In this document: one piece after another, positions 57,315 to 64,000 of the stretch
Numbering within the stretch: the first letter of the stretch is position 1
Layout of the letters: each line of letters starts with the position of its first letter
Sequence record: OR637327.1
Strand: one strand, 5' to 3'
Origin: Klebsiella phage iPHaGe-KPN-11i
Length of the DNA stretch: 64,000 bases
Notes under the pieces: model-generated
Told to the model about the DNA's origin: nothing
The model's input: only the letters and a program-made list of their open reading frames with translations
Databases searched by the model: none
Program-made: the position numbers and the translations under genes

Positions 57315-57868
57315 AAGTAGCAACCCTTAGCGGTATATCTGATGTAAAATGTCGTATGTCGCTGGAACCCGGTAATCGTGTAGGAATCAAACACACGGGT
57401 TCAGTAGGTACGAAGAATTTTACTTTGCAATCTGTTGCGCGTGATAAAAACGATATGGTTTATGTGTTTGTTACAGAACCGATGTCAAATAATATCCGTC
57501 AAACACTGGTGATGAAACTGGGAACCAAAGATCCGGCAATGCTGATCGGTGGAACTGTAGAGCCTGTTACTGTTGCGAGCGTCACACATAAGGGCATTGA
57601 ATGCGCCGTAGACGGCAACGGCAAACTGTCCTACGAAGGGACTAAACGCCAGAATGTCGATCGTCCGGTTGTTGTTGGTGATGTGTTTACGTCAGAACGC
57701 CGTGAATACCATGTTGAATACATAGCACAGGATGGTTCTCTGGTTTGTCGCATGTACTCCCGTAAGAGCACAGACGATAACAAATACATGGGATTGACCA
57801 TCATTGATGGACGTGATGCGATCCTGCTGGATTCACTGAATGTTAAAATTAAGTTTGCATACTCATGA
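57311..57868 (+). CDS. hypothetical protein
   Basis: 185-aa ORF. Confidence 0.6.
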   Translation: MKVATLSGISDVKCRMSLEPGNRVGIKHTGSVGTKNFTLQSVARDKNDMVYVFVTEPMSNNIRQTLVMKLGTKDPAMLIGGTVEPVTVASVTHKGIECAVDGNGKLSYEGTKRQNVDRPVVVGDVFTSERREYHVEYIAQDGSLVCRMYSRKSTDDNKYMGLTIIDGRDAILLDSLNVKIKFAYS

Positions 57869-58116
57869 TTCACACAATTAGCGTTATTATGGGTGATGTC
57901 GTAAACATCAATGGACACGATTACTACGTAGCGGAAATCAATACAAAGGGTAATCGTGAGATCTTGGAACTGGACATTGTAAGGCCGTCCGAAGGGCAAT
58001 CCCTTACAATCGAAGTGGTTCATAACACGAACACAGGGGAAGACGTAGTGAAGCCAGTTCTGGCCCGTCTTCCGGTGTTCTACTGTGAAAAGTCAAAACG
58101 TTGGAAAATGAAATGA
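57865..58116 (+). CDS. hypothetical protein
   Basis: 83-aa ORF. Confidence 0.55.
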   Translation: MIHTISVIMGDVVNINGHDYYVAEINTKGNREILELDIVRPSEGQSLTIEVVHNTNTGEDVVKPVLARLPVFYCEKSKRWKMK

Positions 58117-58508
58117 ATCCGAAAGATTTAACTGATGTGAAAGTGGGTGATACCCTTTACGATCCTGGCGAAAGGTTATACAATACCCGTAAAACAGCAA
58201 ACCCTCGCGAATTTCACGTTCTAAAGGTTGCGCGTCAATATCTGTATGCATCCACTGATAAAGACGCTGATTTGAAAAGCTGGAACATCGAGAAAGTCGA
58301 TCGTAAGACTGGATTGACTTCTGGTAGTGGCGGGGGCTGGGGCGGATTTTATATGTATCGCAGCGAAGCGGTATACAAAGAAATCCAGTATCGTGCTGAA
58401 CTGAGTGAAAAGATCCGAAAAGAGTTCGGTTCTCACGCTGTTGTTGTTCCTGAAATCACTACCGCTGAACTGCGCGGTATCGCAAAAACCCTGGGGGTTA
58501 AATTTTGA
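58113..58508 (+). CDS. hypothetical protein
   Basis: MNPKDLTDVKVG.. The table start at 58101 is a TTG. Confidence 0.5.
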   Translation: MNPKDLTDVKVGDTLYDPGERLYNTRKTANPREFHVLKVARQYLYASTDKDADLKSWNIEKVDRKTGLTSGSGGGWGGFYMYRSEAVYKEIQYRAELSEKIRKEFGSHAVVVPEITTAELRGIAKTLGVKF

Positions 58509-58516
58509 AAACTGTA

Positions 58517-59491
58517 ATGGAAACCGTGTTTGGTTCTCACCTGTATGGACTGAACACACCGACAAGCGATAAAGACTATAAAGGGATCTTTCTCCCGCAC
58601 CCGCGCGATATTCTCCTGGGGAAAGCCCCAAAGACTATCGACACCAGCACGGGCGATAAAAGCTCTAAAAACACCGTAGACGACGTTGATCGTCAGTTGT
58701 ATAGTCTGACTAAGTTTATCAGCCTTGCGTGTGATGGTGATACCGTAGCGCTAGATATGCTTCACGCTTCGGATGACAAGCTGATCGCTAACTCTGAAAT
58801 CTGGCAATATATCCGCGCTAACCGCTGGCGTTTTTACACCACTGAACTAACTGGCCTGTTCGGTTATGTTCGTAAGCAAGCCGCGAAATATGGCGTGAAG
58901 GGTTCCCGACTGGCTGCACTGCGCGAAGTGTACGATGTGTTGCAAAAAACCGACAACTCGCACTATGATGAAAATGCTACGTCGCTGGTCAATACAAAAG
59001 TCAGTGACATTGTGGATAAACTACCAACCAATGAATTCTGTCGTGCTATCCTGCACTATAGCGAAAAGGGCGGTATGCAGAACTTCTATGAAGTGCTGGG
59101 GCGTAAATTCCAGTATACGATCACCATAGCGGAAATGAAAAAGTCAGTGTATAAACTCTGGGATGAATACGGAGAACGCGCACGACAAGCAGAAGCCAAC
59201 AACGGGATCGACTGGAAAGCATTAAGTCACGCGTTGCGCGGTGGTATGCAGTTGATCCAGATTTACAAAGATGGTGATATCGTTTATCCTCTGCCTGATA
59301 GCGCATTCCTGAAACTGGTTAAATCTGGCGGCGTACCGTTCACAACCGTACAGGAAAAGCTGGAAGAAGTCATGGGTGAAGTCGAACGCCTTGCAGCGAT
59401 TTCAACATATCCGAAAGAAGTTGATCGCGAATTCTGGAACGATTTCATCGAACGCGTATACCGTGATCATGTTGTGGGGTATTACAAATGA
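58517..59491 (+). CDS. Pol-beta-superfamily nucleotidyltransferase (PF10127 'RNA-repair-associated NTase'-like)
   Basis: METVFGSHLYGLNTPTSDKDYKGIF gives the G-S..x9..D-x-D NTase signature at the extreme N-terminus. The table start at 58505 is a TTG. Confidence 0.6.
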   Translation: METVFGSHLYGLNTPTSDKDYKGIFLPHPRDILLGKAPKTIDTSTGDKSSKNTVDDVDRQLYSLTKFISLACDGDTVALDMLHASDDKLIANSEIWQYIRANRWRFYTTELTGLFGYVRKQAAKYGVKGSRLAALREVYDVLQKTDNSHYDENATSLVNTKVSDIVDKLPTNEFCRAILHYSEKGGMQNFYEVLGRKFQYTITIAEMKKSVYKLWDEYGERARQAEANNGIDWKALSHALRGGMQLIQIYKDGDIVYPLPDSAFLKLVKSGGVPFTTVQEKLEEVMGEVERLAAISTYPKEVDREFWNDFIERVYRDHVVGYYK

Positions 59492-59730
59492 TGTATCCTA
59501 AATTGTCCGGCGCTGAAATTGATGTTCTGTATAAACTTTACGGATACGCAACTAAAGTGCTAGACTTAGATTTCAATGACGTACCCAGCAAATCAGGGCG
59601 TGATTCCCTGATTCAAAAAGGTTACGCTCGAAGAGTAACGGGTTATCACGATAATTCGAAAGCATGGTTGCTGATTACCCCACTGGGGATTGACGCATAC
59701 CGACACGGTATTAAAACGGAGTGGCACTAA
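59488..59730 (+). CDS. hypothetical protein
   Basis: 80-aa ORF. Confidence 0.5.
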   Translation: MMYPKLSGAEIDVLYKLYGYATKVLDLDFNDVPSKSGRDSLIQKGYARRVTGYHDNSKAWLLITPLGIDAYRHGIKTEWH

Positions 59731-59990
59731 TGACTGATGTTATTTTGAAAGTTAAAGATGTTGTACTGGGCGATACCAAAAACCCAGACGCGGTTACACT
59801 GGAACAGGCTGTTGTTCAGATCATGCGCGATAGCCTCCGCCTGGAAGTTACTGAACGCACCGAAAGCAATTACACGGGCGGAATTGATGGTCGCCAGTTG
59901 TACGAAGATAACAAACACGTTAATGTAACCCTATGGGCGGACATTGACGAAAACTCATACAAAATTGACGAGATTGATTTTGACGTATGA
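59730..59990 (+). CDS. hypothetical protein
   Basis: MTDVILKVKD.. The table start at 59721 is a GTG. Confidence 0.5.
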   Translation: MTDVILKVKDVVLGDTKNPDAVTLEQAVVQIMRDSLRLEVTERTESNYTGGIDGRQLYEDNKHVNVTLWADIDENSYKIDEIDFDV

Positions 59991-60910
59991 AAATAATTGA
60001 CCTCTGTGCTGGTGTGGGCGGGGTTCGATTAGGATTTGATAAGGCATTCGGCGGTGTCGAATGCCTTTTAACGTCTGAAATCGACAAGTTCGCACAGCAA
60101 ACATATATCGAAAACTGGGGCGATGATAACCTACAGGGTGATCTATTCGCCATTGATGAAAACAAAGTGCCGGATCATGATATCCTGCTGGCGGGGTTCC
60201 CGTGTCAGGCGTTCAGTAAAGCCGGATTGAAACTGGGCTTTGACGATGTGCGCGGTACGGTGTTCTTTGAAATCCTCCGCATTATACGCGCTAAAAAGCC
60301 CCGTGTACTGTTCTTTGAGAACGTGCCTGAACTGCTAACCCATGACAAGGGGAAGACGTTTAAAACGATTTACGGGCTTCTGGAGGCCGAAGGATATAAC
60401 GTATTCTATCAACGCCTGAACACAAAGGATTTCGGACTACCCCAAAGACGGGAACGCGTGTTTATTGTCTGCTTCCTGGATGATGTATTCTTTTCGTTTC
60501 CGGTTCCCCCGCGTACCCCTACACGCGTAGGCGACATCCTCGAAGATGCTGATGATTCATTCACCCTCTCAGATAACGCATGGAAAGGCTTTAGAGAGCG
60601 TAAGGAACGAAATAAGGCAAACGGTAAGGGTTTCGGTTATCAGGCCGTCACAAGCGATTCTGCGCACACTGGGACTATCACTGCAAATTACTATAAAGAT
60701 GGTGTTCAATGTCTGGTATTGCAGGAAGGAAAGAACCCCCGAAGACTTACTCCCCGTGAGTGTTTTCGTTTGCAGGGTTTCCCAGATTCGTTTATTATCA
60801 ACAAAAGCAAGATGCAAGCGTATAAACAAGCAGGTAATTCTGTTTCAATACCAGTCATCGAGGCTATAGCAAAACAAATCAAGAAGGTGTTATGTCACAC
60901 AACGGACTAA
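59987..60910 (+). CDS. dcm: DNA (cytosine-5)-methyltransferase
   Basis: Motif I IDLCAGVGGVRLGF, motif IV GFPCQAFS (catalytic Cys), motif VI ENV, motif VIII QRRERVF and motif X AGNSVSIPV. Confidence 0.92.
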   Translation: MKIIDLCAGVGGVRLGFDKAFGGVECLLTSEIDKFAQQTYIENWGDDNLQGDLFAIDENKVPDHDILLAGFPCQAFSKAGLKLGFDDVRGTVFFEILRIIRAKKPRVLFFENVPELLTHDKGKTFKTIYGLLEAEGYNVFYQRLNTKDFGLPQRRERVFIVCFLDDVFFSFPVPPRTPTRVGDILEDADDSFTLSDNAWKGFRERKERNKANGKGFGYQAVTSDSAHTGTITANYYKDGVQCLVLQEGKNPRRLTPRECFRLQGFPDSFIINKSKMQAYKQAGNSVSIPVIEAIAKQIKKVLCHTTD

Positions 60911-61428
60911 GAACAATCGAAGAAGAACAGAAAGGAATTGACGAATTCCTTAAAACTGTTTCTGTTGATATACAAACGGGGACAATTATACGAACGTCAC
61001 ACAAACGTTCTGACTTGATCGGAAAGGAAATAGGTTCGAAGATTAAAGGAGGATATACCCGCGTTTATTTCAAAAGCAAAGGATATCTACGTCATCGAAT
61101 CATCTACTACGTTGCAACCGGAAAACTGCCTGATGTGATTGATCACAAAAATGGTGTTGAGGCTGGCGACGGGATTTATAACTTGCGTGAAGCGGATCAA
61201 TCCCGAAACTGTCAGAACCGGACTAAACGAAGAGTAGCAACCAGTCGATTCAAGGGTGTATGTGTACGTGATCAACCTACTGGAATACGTTACATTGCAC
61301 AGATAAAGATTGACGGCAAGGTTAAACATATCGGTTCCTATCGTGACGAATACGAGGCTGCAAAAGCATACGATCGGGAAGCGATAAAACATTTTGGTAA
61401 ATTTGCAAAATTAAACATTGCATACTGA
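60892..61428 (+). CDS. HNH-AP2 homing endonuclease (copy 3), overlapping the 3' end of dcm
   Basis: YLRHRIIYYVATGKLPDVIDHKNGVEAGDGIYNL (HNH_3) plus FKGVCVRDQPTGIRYIAQIKIDGKVKHIGSYRDEYEAAKAYD (AP2), with a strong AAGAAGGTG SD. Confidence 0.8.
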   Translation: MSHNGLRTIEEEQKGIDEFLKTVSVDIQTGTIIRTSHKRSDLIGKEIGSKIKGGYTRVYFKSKGYLRHRIIYYVATGKLPDVIDHKNGVEAGDGIYNLREADQSRNCQNRTKRRVATSRFKGVCVRDQPTGIRYIAQIKIDGKVKHIGSYRDEYEAAKAYDREAIKHFGKFAKLNIAY

Positions 61429-61481
61429 CCAGGATAGTGATACATTATCTTTACCGAAACGAAACTGAAAAGGAACATACC

Positions 61482-61760
61482 ATGACTTTTAATGACCTGT
61501 TTAACGGATGTACTGGCGCTGGTGCGAAATTCAATCTACTGAAAGATTACCCGCTGGGTTCTAATCCAGGTTACGTGATGGTTGAAGTGCGTAACGGTGA
61601 ATACTACAACGTGTTCATGTGGGATCGTTCTTTCTCTTACTGCTGGTTCGGTGCGAAATACAAACCAGATTACATCCTGGAACAAATCGAAACAGTGAAA
61701 GCGAAAAACCCTGAACTGTACGCGTTCGCAGAGTCTATTCGTGGTGTGTTCGGACACTGA
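61482..61760 (+). CDS. hypothetical protein
   Basis: MTFNDLFNGC.. downstream of a partial conserved leader (CGAAACGAAACTGAAAAGGAAC). Confidence 0.55.
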   Translation: MTFNDLFNGCTGAGAKFNLLKDYPLGSNPGYVMVEVRNGEYYNVFMWDRSFSYCWFGAKYKPDYILEQIETVKAKNPELYAFAESIRGVFGH

Positions 61761-61766
61761 TTAATC

Positions 61767-61790
61767 AAGCCCCGAAAGGGGCTTTTTCGT
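61767..61790 (+). terminator. intrinsic terminator AGCCCCGAAAGGGGCT + T5
   Basis: The same hairpin as at 45194. Confidence 0.7.
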
Positions 61791-61802
61791 GAGGAAATTA
61801 TT

Positions 61803-62075
61803 ATGATTTACACTGTTGAATGTTTGGTTGATTATGAACCTTGTAATCTGATCTGCGCGTCTGATACCGTTATGGACTGCATCGACGCGGTGAACAATCA
61901 CGAAACCTTCCCGTATGTTGCGGATAATCTGCATTTCACTGCGTGGAAAGACGGCAAGAAAGTTGCGGTTGCTTCTTTAGTAGGAAACAGAGTAGGCGAT
62001 ACAATAGGCGCTAACGGTTATGAACCGAACCCTGTGACCTATGAAGAAGTCATTGGTAAAATGGAGGCGGTATGA
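61803..62075 (+). CDS. hypothetical protein
   Basis: 90-aa ORF. Confidence 0.55.
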   Translation: MIYTVECLVDYEPCNLICASDTVMDCIDAVNNHETFPYVADNLHFTAWKDGKKVAVASLVGNRVGDTIGANGYEPNPVTYEEVIGKMEAV

Positions 62076-62314
62076 AGGTTAAAAACGCCGAACGCGGGGA
62101 GAATACCAACGAAATGTTCTTCATTCGTTGCAACCGTAAGCCTCTCAAATGCGGGTATGACGACATAGACGAAGCCCTGAGCAAGTTTAACGAAATCATC
62201 CGTTCATCCGTCTACCGTAGCGGGGAACATCCTGGCGACCTGTGGGAACTGGTAGCAAAAGATCCTTACAGTAACATCGTCCTGAAATCCGAAACAAAGG
62301 GTAAAGTATCATGA
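62072..62314 (+). CDS. hypothetical protein
   Basis: 80-aa ORF. Confidence 0.55.
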   Translation: MKVKNAERGENTNEMFFIRCNRKPLKCGYDDIDEALSKFNEIIRSSVYRSGEHPGDLWELVAKDPYSNIVLKSETKGKVS

Positions 62315-62544
62315 AAATTTATACTGTTGAAAGTTTAAGCGAAGATTACTATACATTTAGTGATTTGGTTGGTTCTACCGTATCGCTGGAACGTGCGATT
62401 GAAATGGCTAAACCTTTTGACTGGGTGAGTATCACTGAATGCGACGGCTTTACTGGCGAACGTCTGCGCATAGTAACACTGAGCAACGAAAAAGCCGTTG
62501 CGAACGCAACCAAAGAAAACTTACAATTTGAGGATGTAAAATGA
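62311..62544 (+). CDS. hypothetical protein
   Basis: 77-aa ORF. Confidence 0.55.
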   Translation: MKIYTVESLSEDYYTFSDLVGSTVSLERAIEMAKPFDWVSITECDGFTGERLRIVTLSNEKAVANATKENLQFEDVK

Positions 62545-63053
62545 AAATACGTTCTGGTTTTGTGAGCAACAGTTCATCAAGTAGTTTCATCGTCCGGTTC
62601 CCGAAAGATCCGACTAATATCGACAACCTGCGCGAAATGATGGGCGATTGCGTCCCTGATTGTGGTTACTACGATCCGCCGTTGACAGCGGAAGAAGTGG
62701 TCAATCACGTTCATCGTGACTTAGGCGGTCATCTGGGTAATAGCTTTGAATCGTTCTACGACGATAAACGCTATGACTGGGAAACCGAAGAAAGCGCAGA
62801 AACCCGCTACCGTTCAAACCCTCAAATTGCGCTTGCGTATGACGGGCGAGACTGGTACGATCTGGACACAGAAGAGAAAGACGCTCTGATCAAAATGTGG
62901 TTGTATGAAGAGTACAACACGAAGTATGGCAATCAGGACGGCGTGTTTATCTATGAATTCACGTACTCCGATGAATGCGGCCCGATCGGAACTCAACTGG
63001 AACATGGAAACATCTTCCGTAACCTTGAACACACATCAAAGAGTCATCACTGA
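62541..63053 (+). CDS. hypothetical protein
   Basis: 170-aa ORF. Confidence 0.6.
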   Translation: MKIRSGFVSNSSSSSFIVRFPKDPTNIDNLREMMGDCVPDCGYYDPPLTAEEVVNHVHRDLGGHLGNSFESFYDDKRYDWETEESAETRYRSNPQIALAYDGRDWYDLDTEEKDALIKMWLYEEYNTKYGNQDGVFIYEFTYSDECGPIGTQLEHGNIFRNLEHTSKSHH

Positions 63054-63388
63054 TGGATAAGTTAAAAACCGAAGTCTGTGTTGTTATGCCTCGCTATGCA
63101 TTAGGGGATTCGATCCCCTTTAGCCAGGATCGCCCCGCACCGTTTGATGTATTTTCTTTGCGAAAATATCTTGAACGTTTTGAACTGAACGAGTATACTC
63201 TCCAAATCGTTCGGGTATGGAATCCGGTAATGTATGCGCTTGCGTTTGACATTGCAGAATCCAAACTCACTACGATGGATGAATACGTTGAACTCCTGGC
63301 GCGTAAGTTCGGGTGTGATCGTACAGTCGAAGCAGTAAGCAATAAAGTTAACGAAATTTTAGAAAAATTCAAATACGAGAAAATTTAA
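63053..63388 (+). CDS. hypothetical protein
   Basis: 111-aa ORF. Confidence 0.55.
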   Translation: MDKLKTEVCVVMPRYALGDSIPFSQDRPAPFDVFSLRKYLERFELNEYTLQIVRVWNPVMYALAFDIAESKLTTMDEYVELLARKFGCDRTVEAVSNKVNEILEKFKYEKI

Positions 63389-64000
63389 ATGTCAATAACA
63401 AATATCGAATTCAAAAACGCTGTATCGAAGCCAACCCCGACAAACCACGTTTTCGTGTGTGACGTATCCGGTTCAATGTATAACGAACTGCCTAAGATCC
63501 GTAAACACCTGAAAGCAAATCTGGCGAGTCTGGTTAAACAGGATGACACTGTTTCGATCCTGTACTTCTCCAGCAAAGGCGATTACGGCACGGTGTTCCG
63601 TGGTGAGAAGGTTAGCAATGTCTCTGACCTGTCTAACATCTGCGCGGCTATCGACCGTTACCTGAAACCTACTGGTTGTACTGGCTTCGTTGAGCCGTTG
63701 AATCTGGCTGCGGAAATCGCTACAGATCTGCAATCCGAAAACGGCAACCTGAACAGCCTGATCTTCCTGACAGACGGTTATGATAACTGCTGGCGTACCG
63801 ATGACATCCTGAAAGCGTGTGCGGTTCTGCCACTGACTTTCAACAGTATCGCGTTCCTGGAATACGGTTATTACGTGAATCGTCCTCTGCTGGAAAAAAT
63901 GGCAGAAGCAACCAACGCATTACACAAATTCGTTGAAGGTTTCGACGCATACGAACCAGCATTTGCCGAAATCATCACTGCGCAAACTTCTGCACGTATC
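63389..64000 (+). CDS. von Willebrand factor A (VWA) domain protein, N-terminal part (runs off window end)
   Basis: The MIDAS motif HVFVCDVSGSM (DxSxS) lies 20 aa from the start, with a downstream T and D (LIFLTDGYD) consistent with the VWA fold. The reading frame is open to position 64000. Confidence 0.7.
   Translation, partial: MSITNIEFKNAVSKPTPTNHVFVCDVSGSMYNELPKIRKHLKANLASLVKQDDTVSILYFSSKGDYGTVFRGEKVSNVSDLSNICAAIDRYLKPTGCTGFVEPLNLAAEIATDLQSENGNLNSLIFLTDGYDNCWRTDDILKACAVLPLTFNSIAFLEYGYYVNRPLLEKMAEATNALHKFVEGFDAYEPAFAEIITAQTSARI

Noticed and set aside
63385-63733. Two minus-strand ORFs (63 and 86 aa) at the window end
   Set aside because: They are antisense to the VWA-domain ORF, which has a textbook MIDAS motif.

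Overview
This window is a T4-like (Tevenvirinae-type) myovirus genome segment. Bases 1–29.8 kb carry the late virion-structure and packaging module on the minus strand in conserved T4 gene order: 23 (partial), 22, 21, 68, 67, 20, 19, 18, 17, 16, 15, 14, 13, wac, 12, 11, 10, 9, 8, 7, 6, [HNH endonuclease], [695-aa unknown], 5, 53. I recognised these by direct similarity of the translated ORFs to remembered T4 proteins. T4-type late-promoter boxes (TATAAATA and close variants) and hairpin terminators are visible between the genes. At about 29.8 kb transcription diverges onto the plus strand: genes 4, 2, a reverse-oriented inserted ORF flanked by an AT-rich inverted repeat, 3, 1 (dNMP kinase), 57A and 57B (2H phosphoesterase). 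About 30 kb of densely packed, mostly small early or accessory genes follows on the plus strand. Recognisable products there are a Nudix hydrolase, a DUF262 (ParB/GmrSD-N-like) protein, an M15 peptidase-type endolysin, a PIN-PhoH ATPase, an SLT-like transglycosylase, thymidine kinase, an SPFH/Band-7 protein, a bifunctional NMN-adenylyltransferase/Nudix (NatV-like) enzyme, a Pol-beta-type nucleotidyltransferase, a C5-cytosine DNA methyltransferase, a Cys-rich Fe-S/radical-SAM-like enzyme, four free-standing HNH homing endonucleases (one with NUMOD3 repeats, three HNH-AP2) and a VWA-domain protein truncated at the window end. The accessory region is punctuated by a repeated 'terminator stem-loop + sigma70 promoter' cassette that resembles the PeSL elements of pseudo-T-even phages, and by several classic TTGACA-N16-TGnTAnnAT early promoters. 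I found no tRNA, rRNA or CRISPR array. The most unusual item is a 695-aa protein with no recognisable T4 counterpart. It sits directly after gene 5 where T4 has gp5.4 (the PAAR spike tip) and has a helical, hydrophobic C-terminal half, which makes it a candidate spike-tip cargo or membrane-active ejected protein. All coordinates for small ORFs, promoters and terminators that I derived by hand are approximate to within a few nucleotides.
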